Position numbers and translations under genes: made by a program. The notes under the pieces are model-generated. The model was given only the letters and a program-made list of their open reading frames with translations. It ran no database searches and was not told the DNA's origin. DNA of 64,000 nucleotides from Takakia lepidozioides (taxonomy: Eukaryota > Plantae > Bryophyta), in the NCBI GenBank assembly GCA_030704615.1, contig CM060732.1, positions 48,732,001 through 48,796,000 on the forward strand. Reading direction: 5' to 3'. Positions 1-11,574 of the stretch are shown piece by piece (position 1 is the stretch's first letter; each line of letters starts with the position of its first letter).

Positions 1-251
1 TACTATCATAGAATATTAGTAAATTAAAACATGCTTACCATGCGTACTACTTTTTGGAAATGCTATAACAATTACATTGAATATGTAAAGAACCGAAATA
101 AATAGAAAAAAAAAATTAGAGCAGATTTGACAAAAAATATTTTCATTAAAAGAAAAATCCCGAGCAATGGGGAGAGCCTCAAAGAATGTACGTAAAGAAA
201 TTTCAAAAAGACTCCTTTGTATTTCGAGTGGGCTTATTTCGTGGAATACAG

Positions 252-665
252 TGCCAGGTTGGCGAGTAGCGTTACGGAGTGTAAGCCACCGTAACGCTAC
301 TCGCCAGCCTGGCAAGGCACTTTTTTTTTCAATTCTTTAGGCAGGGTAAGCAACAATCGCTCGTTGCTTCACTGGTTCTCGCCCCTGCCCCTCGTGAGCA
401 TGTGAAGCACCTCGCCTGGGTTGCTTACCCTACACATTGAAGATGTGGCCTCCGGTGGCAATGACGATGTGGCAGAGATGACGTCTTTTTTTTTTATCAA
501 CTTCAAACATGGCAATATTAGTCTCCAACCTTCAGTCGCTAGAATTTATTAGTGAATCTACGATAAGTGTAGGGGAAGTGCCCTGGCCGAGGGCATTCCA
601 CGATTTAAGGGCTGCCTGCCGAGGGCGTTGCCCGAAGCTGGCAGCCCTTAAATCGTGGAATGCCC
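252..665. repeat. Cluster of three inverted repeats (26 bp, 12 bp, 26 bp arms)
   Basis: 252-277/289-314 (1 mismatch, 11-nt loop); 343-354/420-431 (AGGGTAAGCAAC, perfect); 591-616/640-665 (GGGCATTCCACGATTTAAGGGCTGCC, perfect, 23-nt loop). Confidence 0.85.
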
Positions 666-999
666 GGCGGCGGTGACCTTCCCGAACGTGAAGATCAACT
701 CAGAATTTTCATCATCCTCCAATTTTGCAGAATGTTCTTCCAATTTGATGGGGAGTATTTCGAGGAATATTCCTGTCAGGGAGGGACCTTGAATCATATA
801 CAGTCGACCCTGGGTAAATGTGCCCTCTTTATGTGTTATAAGGGGTGTAATTGTTATCTTTTTTTTACTCCCTAATTTTTAAAGAAAAAAAAAAGTTTAC
901 ACAGTAGGGATGTTATATGTTACTCCCTCCTTTGTAAAGTGACCCTTGAGATACGATATGTCCACCTCTTTGTTAGGAAAGTACAGTGAAGGCCGCCTA

Positions 1000-1480
1000 A
1001 AGTAGGTTGAAACATAAATATTTCCATTGACATTTCATTAAGAAATAAATAATGTGGAACCACCGACATGTGATGATTAAATTTCTGAATTAATATAGGG
1101 ATGGATGTCTAGCAAATTGGCTCTGTATAATGCAATGTAGTTACGTTTCCGACTGTGGGGGTTCATGAATTTGTTCATTACGAGGAAAAACACGATTTGA
1201 ACACTCCATATGCACCTACGGAAAGCGAGGTATATGAACTCGTTGATCCATGTGCAAACGTTGAAACTGAAGATAACGAAGACGAACCTATTTTAGATCC
1301 AGTGGCACAAGTGACATTTTCCAATGTTCAGGAGGAATTCAAAGTGATTAATATGTTTCTAGAACAACAACCCTCGATGGTTGGTTGAGAGACTTTCTAA
1401 TAGGGTTAGATATGTAGAAAATAGTCTAAGTTATCTAAGTTGCACGTTGACATGAACAGAATTTTCAGTCGATTTGACGT
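1000..1480 (+). mobile_element. Possible pogo/Tigger (CENP-B-like) transposase C-terminal remnant
   Basis: ORF 1155-1388 (PTESEVYELV...EDNEDEP...VTFSNVQEEFKVINMFLEQQ) resembles the acidic C-terminal tail of pogo-family transposases. No DDE core and no clear TIR pair. Confidence 0.3.
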
Positions 1481-2477
1481 ATAACTCTGTAAATGTTATA
1501 TGTTTTGAAGATCATCCCCGGTTTACTGTTACATGGACAAATGTTAAGAAGAGTCTTGGTCGCCCTCTTTAATATCTTACATTTTAAGTGAAATATAATT
1601 ATTATGGATTATCTTTGTTATTTGTTTTAAACATGTACTTACTACACGAAATTTTGGTCTTAGCCAGGAAGCAGCAGATCCAGACTCAAATGCAACTGCC
1701 CCACCTTTAGATATGATTTCCTGTCCATATTGAGCATTTGCCAATTTTCCTTCATACAAGTCAATCCTACACCACATTCGGGACTGAATTTTTTAATTTG
1801 AGAAAATGTCATTATTACATATTAAGTAAAGATTTAAAAAAATTAGATATGTGAGTAAGTTTAAAAAAAATGATGTAACATAAAATGGATACTTGTATTT
1901 TTCACAATTTCGTATGTAAGTATATAATATATCTCAAACATACGAATCAGATGAGAAAAATGATAGACCAGAATTATAGGAAATCTACATGTGGTTGCTT
2001 TGATGGAAGTCTATCATTGCATCTTATGAGCCTGTTTTTTTTCTTTTTCTGTTTTTTTTTTTTTTGTAATATGTTATCGCTCTGTTATTGTTATTTTGTT
2101 CTTACTCCCAAGACGTAACAATAAATGCATGGAATTCATGCAAGCCCTGCCGTATAGTAATCATGAATAGGTAGTAAAAATCTGGAAGATCACATAATTA
2201 GTCTATTAATAAATATCAAGGTAGCAGGATTTGAGCCCTGAATCACCCAGGTGGCTAGCAGGCAGGTAATAGAAGATGGACTTTCATTTATGGCATGCAC
2301 AAGAAGTTGACCAGATGTCATTCATTAAAAGACAGAATATTCTCTTGACAACTGTCTCGATCCAATTGGAAGTCTAATCAAAAGTATCGGTGCTAAAGCA
2401 GCTGAAACCCTTTGCATAGTCCTGCCTTAGGAAGGCAGGGCCAATAAAGGAGGGTCGACTGTAGGAAAGTTTTGCAC

Positions 2478-2695
2478 ATGCTGGTAGCTCAGCTGGTAAG
2501 TGCACAGTGTGTCGCCCTGGCCGTTCAGGGTTCAAACCCGCTGCCCTGCCCCTTGTGTGGGATTGTTCGTGACGGTATGTCTGGGCGTTGGTCATCCTGA
2601 AAGGGGGTTAATTTCTCCCCCTCCTCAAGGGCCTGAATTGTGGGCTGTCGCTCCCAGGTTTCCTTTTTTTTTAAAACAAATAAAGAAAAAATAAA
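2478..2695 (+). mobile_element. tRNA-derived SINE
   Basis: Pol III A box TAGCTCAGCTGG 2485-2496, B box GGTTCAAACCC 2529-2539, ~130 nt non-tRNA body, A-rich tail 2673-2695. No clean TSD seen. Confidence 0.7.
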
Positions 2696-2824
2696 TTCTG
2701 GGCAGTTCCTTACGAGGGAGGTGAGGACTGAGGACTCAGGAGGATATCTGGATCACATGGGTCCGGCGAGAAGTACGGTCTGATCGCACGTGCATTAAGA
2801 CGTCTTACATTATTTGTCATCCAC

Positions 2825-4168
2825 CGCATTATTGCACCACAAGTCATCGGTTGTTCGCTGGATGACAGACAGCCCGCGGAAACTTCGCGCATGACAAAGG
2901 GAGAGTAACCCTGGGGTCAATTAGGAGCCGTGTAAATCCCTGTCGATATTTACCAGCCCGCTGAGCCATCCCGCATGGTCTGCGACGTCGTGGATACATA
3001 CTGGAATAATAGGGGTCCAAACCCTCAGTGTCTGAATGTTCGAGGAAACAATCCGTGGAAATTCTTGGAATGATGACGAGGACGTGGAGATGATGATGAT
3101 ACAGTGGCGTGCTTTGGTGATGATGCCGCTGCAGTAAGTTAACAGATTTTGACTGTGCGCGATGATGCTGCCACGGCCTACTCCATGCTGTAAACAAGAT
3201 TAGTGTTACTGGGACCATCCTGTTGAGCTTCAACCGCTAGACTTCATTTCCGTTGGGATCCAGAGCTACAGACCATGTTGCCTGCGCCATCACACAGAGG
3301 AGGAACGATCACGTAATGTAGCCCCTGAGCAGGGTGGGGGATTTGAGTAGCCAACGCGGAAATCAGCGTTTGCGCGCTCCAGAAGCGGAGCTTGGAGAGG
3401 GCCGGAGAGAAAGGGCCCGACACAGTCCTTCTCAGGTGCGCAGTCGGTACTCGTCGGAAGCTTTTGAGTTGGAATTACTTGTGGATCACGTCGTCGGGTG
3501 AGGAAGTTGCATACCGGGTTTTCTGACGGTGCGGAGCTAGAGATTCAGTCGTGGCAGGTCGATACGACAGCAACCGTTTGATGAGGACGAAGTTAATCCG
3601 TTTTCAATGAGTGATATGGTGCGGATGGATGTTTCAAATATGCTGTTGTGTTTCACTTGTTCATATTTGTGTGTATGGAAGTGAGGCTGCTTGCATCGAG
3701 TCGTCTGCCCAAGCCTATTTTGTAAGCATTAAATAAGAACTTTGATGCAAAGCCCAGTGTAGTCTTTTCTATACGGGTTCAATATCAGGGACACGCCACA
3801 AGGAGTAGGGAAGGAGTAGAAATTGTGTATTTGTGGTCTTTGACATTGTTATTGCTGATCTCATGTTCGCACTCTCTTTCAGTATTTCAGGAAAGGCTGC
3901 CTCTGGTAATGTTGAAATGAAGTTACATTAGGGACTTGTCTGACATCAGGAACTGAAGAAGGAACAGGAGCTGAAAGCCAAGGAGAATGCCTTACAAAAG
4001 AAAGAACAGGTTCAAACTGTGCTACTCTTCTGTATTCGAGCTTCTTTGTTCGTTGAGATTGTCATAAGATTTTGCAGTTAGTCATTTAGTATGGCTGGAC
4101 GTTCCTTTCTACAGGTTTCGTTGTAATGTGTACGTTATGTTGTGCAGCTTCAGTTGCATAGCCTGATT
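2825..4168 (+). pseudogene. Decayed partial duplicate of SCAMP promoter/5'UTR/exon 1/exon 3
   Basis: Three collinear blocks match 17037-18029, 18369-18447 and 19227-19497. ATG changed to GTG at 3551, 1-nt deletion in the exon 1 copy, donor GT lost at 3607. The exon 3 copy (3950-4009) keeps its AG/GT boundaries. Confidence 0.9.
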
Positions 4169-4198
4169 CGGCCTAACTTCGGCCTATCAAATTCGGAA

Positions 4199-7100
4199 AT
4201 GGGTGCTGGCTTTCCGCAGTTGGCCTCTCCAACAAAAAGGGCCCACCCGCTCTCAGAGCTGCGAAGGGTGCTGCTGCAGGAAAGGCTGGTTTGGGTGTGG
4301 CTGGTTGCTGCCCTGCTCCCTTTTGCAGTCATACGTGCGTACATGTTCTACGGGAGTGGAGATTTCCCCCATGACACGATGGAAGCTCTACGGTCACTTC
4401 AAGCGATTCCAGGGCGATTGTCCCACGGCAGGTTGCCCCTACCCACCATGGTACGAAGCATATGCTTCCTCCTCATCACTCTCTTTGGGCTTCTGTTGGA
4501 ACCAACACACGCAAACACACACTCTGTCTCTCTGTCTCTCAACACTCTCTGCATTGTCCTTTTCTGTGGGAGAGTTTTTAGCCATCTTACTATTGCAAGC
4601 ACAGATTATTCTCTCTTTCTCTATTCTGCACCTTAGAGAATCTTGGGAAGTTCAAGCGCAGTTTCTTGGGGACCCCACTATTTTCTCCTTTTATTATTCT
4701 ATATCACACGGTTTTCCATGCACTTTATAAAGTTTCTTCCTGACTTTCTTTCGTTTCTTTGCTAGTTGCACGCGCCTACGGACCATAATTCCTTCTTCTC
4801 ATCAAGCTGAATGATGGTGATAGTTCTGTAGGATCTTCTATGTATTGGTATCCCGTCTGGATCTGAAAGGTGACTGGAGGCCTTGCTGCAATGCCAAGCA
4901 GGTAGAGCTGAAATGGTATCCAATCACGATTGTTTGAATCTCACATTCGATGAGAGGGTAGAAAGCATGGTAACAAAAGTACCTTAACGCCTGATGAGAC
5001 ACATATGGAATTTATGCACTCTCTTTGTACATTGTACTACTTGGTTTATCCTTGAGTAGCATAGACGCTTGGTCATTGTGCTTTTCATGGAGCTGCCTGC
5101 AGTTTGAAAAAACAGGAGTGACATGTTTCACACAGCTGTGTGAATCTCTTCTTCAGCTTAAGTCAGCACCAGTCATGTCACACCACAAACCCAGGAAAGT
5201 TATTTTAGTTTGAATAAATATGGTTTCGACGTGCAGGCAAATAGCGCATCTCTTTCAAACTCCAGAAGCATGGAGAAGCAGGGAATACCCACTTCTCTGG
5301 CCAATTCCACGGGCATGGATGCACACATAGACAACTCTTCGCTTTCCAACTCTAAGACCATCGAAGAGTTTGAGACTGGCACTTCCCCCAAAGGCAAAGA
5401 AGTACAAAATGCCATCCGTGGAGAAGTCATCAATGGCATCAATAACAAGGGCAGCATAGAGGAGCCAAAGTTCAACAATGTAGACGATACCAAGGATGGT
5501 TACCAAGGGAGAGGGGGAGGGAAGAATACAACCTCTGGAGATGTAACCAGCAGCAACAACGAGAAAGTAATTGACACTCAAGCGGTTACAAGCCACACAA
5601 ACTCCACCACCTCGGTAGCTGCAGGTAAACACTAACCTATCAGTATCTTTGTACGATTCTCCAGGTGTGGCTCTGTCCTTGTCCATCGTCTCAAAACAAG
5701 AGTGTCAGTGGTAGATTTGGAGGTGGATCTCAGAATGGACATGTTGTCCTACAAGTCTACCTACTCATCACTGGGGGTGGGTTTCCTGGCTGCAGTCAGC
5801 CCATCTGGAGTACAAGTGCAGTGATGCCCAGTGACATTGAATTAATTAATGCTCTCAGGTTTAATGGATCAGAAAGGTGCTCGCTTACGTAGTGTTGTTG
5901 CATGTGTCAGCTCATCAGCCATGATGAACATGACTTGTGGCTTGCACTGAAAAGGATCTAGGAGGTTTGGTGTCTAAAGGTTATCCATGCATGCCTATGG
6001 ATAATCTACTTAGCTGGTGACAAAAACTTTGTGTCAGGTTTCTACGTCCAGGGCAACTGCTGCTAGTTTTTGTAGATGGTCATGTAGTCTGTGTAGCACA
6101 AGCTCTCACAGAACAACCCAACTAGGTGGCCGTGGGGGCTAAGCCGCAACAAGGGTGTTTGGGATGTTGGGGAGGAGGTCGAAAACTGAAATGGAAGGGG
6201 TGCATTCAACTTATGAGGTCTTTAAGAATAGGTTTCAGTACAACCATTATTTGAAATGAGATGTCAGCTTCTGCGATCTGAACTATTGGGTACTTGGAAG
6301 GACTTCCATTGTCTTTATAATGAGTTCGTGTGCCACATGGAAGTTTTCTGCTTGAGTCTTGAACAGTGGACGAGTGCCTGATGGCCAGGCTTCCTTTAAG
6401 CATGATCACGATGTGTTGATACCCTTTGCTAGAGGAAGATAGGAATGGATAGGGAAGGAAAGGAGTTTTTATAATGTCAATGGCATTTAAATGAAACAGA
6501 ACATGTGGGGTGCGCATACATGCAACGTCATGAGCTCCAATCTTCGACACGAACCCTGCTTCATTCTAACAATGTCTTCGATTTGTAACATTCCTCAGTT
6601 TAATCATTTAACTTTTCGCCTGTAACTGGGGTGTCTTATCTCAGGAACATGCAATCTGTCAGAAGGGACCTGGGTGCCTGACTCCCGACCCCCTCCCTAC
6701 ACAAATGAGACCTGCTTGTCCCTTCAAGGTCATCAAAATTGCATGAAGAATGGACGGCCTGATAGTGGCTATTTGTATTGGAAGTGGAAACCAAAGGATT
6801 GTGAGCTACCTCAGATCAATGACATGGGCTTTTTGGAGTCAATGAGAGGCAAAACAATGGCATTTGTTGGGGACTCCATTGCACGTAACCAGTTTCAATC
6901 ATTGCTGTGTGCTTGGACCCAGGTATATATTCTCATGCTTTTTTTTGCCTCTCTCTCTCTCTCTCCTCCCTCCAACTGGGGTGGGGTCTATTCTATAAGG
7001 CCATGACAATCTGAGTCTAATGCCCTGCTTTCTACTCAGCTGCCTGTCTGGCACAGTTAAGTCTACCCTGCTTGGATTGGGAACTACAGGAAAAATGAAA

Positions 7101-9098
7101 GTGAAGAACAGTTCTTCCTTCACTGGACTACCTTAGTGAGGGGCTCACAGACATGGGAGGGAGAGAAAGAGGAAATGACGTTGGGCGTAAGACGTTGTTT
7201 GCCGTAGCCTTGTGGCCATTGACCCCGCGCCCAGTTTGAGCGGGAACAAAAGGGACAGAACCTACCTCTGTCAGGGGCTGACGTTGGTAGTGTGACTTAC
7301 CATCATATATAGAATTAATCCGGGTTTTCCAGATATCCTCTAGAAATCCCTTCACACAAGCATCAATCTGCTGTGTGTGATTTGCCCAAAAACTAGGCCT
7401 CAGGAGGGCCTGGGCTTTTGGCTCAGCCTCGAGACTTTCAAAGTTGTTAAACAGGGGTACAGGCACAATTCCCTTGATAGAATTGAAGAGAGCGTCTCTT
7501 TGGTGAGAGAACCCCGGACAGTGAGAGAGAAAGTAAGAGACTTTATGATTACAACAGAAAGCTCAAAGAGCTTATGAGAGAGATAGAATGAGAAAGACGG
7601 GATCTTTCTAACTTACGGGAAAAGCCCAAGCCCAAAGAGCTTTTGTGACAACAATGTGCCTTGACAGCCATAAGAGAAATGAAATGGAATGGTACTTTAC
7701 AATGTCTGTGGGAAGCTCAAAGAGCTTATGGGACAAGAGGAAGAAAGAAACAAAGAAAGAGAGAGGGGCCACAAACAGCCCAATAGCAACTAAAGCTCAA
7801 GGGATTGTCGAAGAGTTAATGCTTCATGCATGTAAGCTGCCAAGCATTTCTGATCCCCGTAATGTAAGTCTTTTGTGAGAGATTGGGTATCCCGGAAGAA
7901 TCTCCCACGGATCTCATAGCATAAAGGGTGCTCCCTCTTGTTCTTCCCAAACTGGGCGCAGGGTCTATCGCCACAGGGCTATGGCAAACATCTTTATGAG
8001 TACATTCTCTCTCACACATGGCCCCTCCTCGTGTCTTCTGTGTAGTATATATTCTTTTCTTTTCCCTTGAGCGAAATAGTTTATGGTTGGGGCCCCTCTC
8101 TCTTTTTTGTTTCATGGTTTCTCTTGTCCCATAAGCTCTTTGAGCTTTCCATGGATGTAACAAAGTATCATTTCATTTCATTTCATTCCTTTCTTTGACT
8201 GATACAGACAACTCAACCTGCGAGTCCATGCAATAGTAGAGTCATCAACCTAGTCTTGGGGACATTCGCAATCATTTCCAGTGCAGACTTTTGAGCCTAA
8301 TGAGTTGGCCAATGTTAGGTGGATCATCCTACCCACATCTTTCACACTGACGACGACAGGTTCAATCGATGGCTATTCCCATCGTATTCCTTTACACTCG
8401 GCATATACTGGTCTCCATACCTTGTAAAACAAACTGACAAGGAAATGGTGGTCAACAATATCACTCAATCCGTTCCACAGGTGGACCTAGGTGTCCTGGA
8501 CGACTACTGGGTGAGAGAGATGGCGAATGTCGATGTGCTAGTTATCTCGACTGGGCAATGGTACTTCAAAACAGTAGTTTACCTGGATCAAGGGAATGTA
8601 ACAGGCTGCCACTATTGCCCAGGTGTAGATTTGAAAGAAGTGGGATACTCTACTGCTTACAGGAAAGCTCTGCAGACAGTTCTGAAGGGGGTTTTAACAC
8701 TACCTGGATACAGGGGGGTTACGCTTCTAAGAACATTTGCACCTGACCATTTTGAGAAAGGGAGGTGGAATGACGGGGGTTCATGTCCCCGCACTGTTCC
8801 GGGAGGCGTGCCTTTATCAGATGTGAATAAGCTTATGCATGACGTTGAAGTTGAGGTGTTCAGGAATTTCACTAAGGATGTTGGCCCAGGCATTGCTGCC
8901 CGGTTCAAGCTTGTCGACACAACCAATCTGGCAAACCTTCGGCCCGACGGACATCCAGGGCCATACCGATCTTACCAACCCTTCTCAAAGGAGTTTGTGG
9001 GACCCCTTCAAATGGACTGCCTTCATTGGTGCCTTCCAGGCCCAATAGATGCGTGGAATGAAGTCACCTTGGAAACCTGGCGGCAAGCATTACAGTAA
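4199..9098 (+). CDS. TBL: Trichome birefringence-like (PMR5N + PC-esterase) polysaccharide O-acetyltransferase; exons ~4199-4450, 5237-5624, 6645-6922, 8319-9098
   Basis: N-terminal TM anchor (LVWVWLVAALLPFAVI), Ser/Thr/Asn-rich stem, CNLSEGTW...QNCMKNGRPDSGYLYWKWKP, FVGDSIARNQ (GDS motif), C-terminal DCLHWCLPG. GT-AG junctions keep phase. Confidence 0.92.
7128..8190. mobile_element. Nested 3' fragments of a non-LTR retrotransposon family in TBL intron 3
   Basis: Minus 7530-7180 encodes HCPGFSHQRDALF...EDIWKTRINSIYDGK...GRGVNGHKATA (LINE ORF2 C-terminal-like). Plus 7860-8190 carries the equivalent end (TGRRVYRHRAMA) and a (CATTT)n tail. A reverse tail copy lies at 7676-7790. Confidence 0.65.
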
Positions 9099-10299
9099 GG
9101 AGGCCAGAGCGTTTGTTTGAGTCGAGCTGGGTAGCTGCCTTACACAATCACATAACAGCAAGCTCAACAGTGTTGGAGAAGGATGCTCCCTTTGAACTGT
9201 TGAAGAAATCGAAGGTTTTCTCCTCTCCTCTTAGTTGGTCACTGTACTACTACAGTAACACAACGACTTATTCACATCTTTCCCTCCAGTGAGGTGGAGG
9301 CACAGGCTAGGCTGACATAGCCATGAATGCAGCTCCCACCTCAAGTGTATCTTGCCAATGGGCGTATGCATGGATACCAGCTTTTAGGGAGGCCCTCTAA
9401 TGAAGCCATTCGACTTGCAAGCATTGGATCTGGTAAAGCTGTTTCCATTGTGAGACCTCCCAAAAGAGTTGAGGCGCTCTAAAAGCTTGCCAGCAAACTG
9501 GCATTGTATTGTGATTAGGACAAATAATTGTAGTGCTCATTGAGATCACTACAAAGCCCTTCATTAAGATGCTCACATTTTGAGCAACGAGATTGTACAG
9601 TACCTGTAACTGTGAGGAATGGACAGGAGCATGGACCCGTGAACCCAATCACTGGGCTCCAGCACTTCATCTGGTATTTATTCATCTCTTTCCAGCCTAA
9701 GCTTGGAACTGTCTTCAAGGGCTGTTGCTGCATCTGGGAAGAGTCTTGGTCGCTGGAGTGCAGGATTGGATCTCTACATGTGCCTAAGAGCTGGCTGATC
9801 TCGGATCTAGCTTGTATGGATTCAATTACTGGAGGTTGCATTGTCAACAGCACTTGTGTAATAGTTTTGACTACCTTTGTGCACACTTCGAAAACTATCT
9901 ACAAAAATAGTCTTCTCTTACACTGGCAACTTTTGCAGACACTCCAGCAAAATTGCAGAACTGACTACGTAGGCGATTGATCGCAACCTTGTGACAGCTA
10001 CAGTACCACAGTTCTTTCTTTCTCCCAACATAAAGCTTCATTGTCAACTATCAGCTCCACTTGGTGATGACTCTCAATAGAGCTTCTCTCTCTTTCTCAC
10101 TCTCCCACTCTTGGCATTACACTGAAATTTAAACTCAGGGCAGAAGCCTACCTTTGAACAGCATACAGAAGCAAAGAGGAAAGGGGCCCTTTTGGGGCTT
10201 AGTTATTGGGCAAACCACACAGCAGGTTGTAAAGCCCCGTACTTGCCTACGCTTGGAAATAACCCGTTTCATCTAAACGGCGATACACATCCATAGTAT

Positions 10300-10860
10300 A
10301 ATTTTTTGGCGTATAAAGCCGTTAATCCGTTACAATGATGTCTAGGTTAGGGTTAGTTTAGGCCGGTGGCTTGATCCTGACCCCTCATCAGATCTTAAGG
10401 CTTAAAGGCGGCGTTGTGGGCTATGGCCTATGATACCTCGCCACGCGGCAGGCCACCATGGTTAGGGCTTTTGTATAAAGACGGCGCCCTGACACAAGGT
10501 CAGGGCGGTGTATTCAGGTGTTAGTGTATATGTGATTTGGGTGTACAAACTTGGATGAGAGCTCCTGTGTGTGTCAGATCGCTCACTTGATCCTCCTCTC
10601 GCGCATTGCCTGCTCTTTCACTTGTCCCCCTTGTTGTGCAAACACGTTTCTTGAGAGGAAGGGAGTATATGCTTCAGGCTCGTTTTGAGGCTTCACAAGG
10701 TTGATGCTTGTGTAAAGGGATTTCTAAAGCATATCTGGAATACCAGGATCAATTGTTTATTGCAAGTTAAGTCTGTCCATTTGTGATTGGGCGTGGAGTC
10801 AATGGCCACACGGCTACGACAGACGTCTTTTCTCTCTCGGAAGTCTCGTCTCTCTCGCTG
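10300..10860 (+). mobile_element. Further degenerate copy of the same non-LTR retrotransposon 3' region
   Basis: 10700-10830 (GATGCTTGTGTAAAGGGATTTCTA...GGGCGTGGAGTCAATGGCCACACGGCTACG) is the reverse-complement homolog of 7190-7370. Left boundary uncertain. Confidence 0.6.
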
Positions 10861-11574
10861 CGAGCAGCACAAACATGGACTAGCGGAGCCGAGCTGCGCG
10901 GCGATAGCGGGGGCGAGTCAGGGGCAAGGGGTGTGCGCGAGGAGGGGCTGCCTCGCCACAGAACCGGGAGTTGGTATCGCGTGAGCACAGCGGTGAGCAT
11001 GCTCACGTGAGCACAACCCACAGTCATGGGAGTTATATGTTTTCATAATGGAATAAAATCATAAGCGGATATAGAGGACTAGTGTATTTATATGATACAT
11101 CTGCACCAATCCAGTGAGGCGAAACCTTCAATAGTGTAGCTAGAAACCCTAAACCTATAGCGGCGGCGGCGAGTTTCGCATTGAGAAATACTTGGTGATA
11201 TGGGCACAGACCTAAGCAGCGGTGGGGTTTCGCATTGAGGAAAGGGAGCCTTATAAGAAAAAATATCGCAACAATTCCATGCAACGAAAACAAAATAGTT
11301 GCAGTTGATACAAAATACAATTCTAATACTATTGAAATGTGATGCTAAATAGAACTTGAAAAATGTATTCGTTCCCTCCTCCGAAAATAACACCAAACAC
11401 ACAATAAGTAGAAAATATAGTGATATTGATTGAAATGATTTACAAGACAATATAGACAGAATAACAAGATGATACTTTCGCTTACTGAAATTTCCTTTAG
11501 GAACGAAGTTAACATGTACATCTGTCATTTAGATCATCAATAAAACCTCAACATTCGAAATCACTCGCGGGAGT

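Noticed and set aside
2478-2560. tRNA gene
   Set aside because: It has A/B boxes but no convincing cloverleaf or acceptor stem, and continues into a body with an A-rich tail, so it fits a SINE better.
2844-3233. His-rich minus-strand ORF also present at 17146-17460
   Set aside because: The similarity is explained by the SCAMP upstream duplication. The ORFs have non-ATG starts, different ends and no recognisable domain.
9397-9980. ORFs downstream of TBL
   Set aside because: No motif I can recognise; cannot be supported as a gene.
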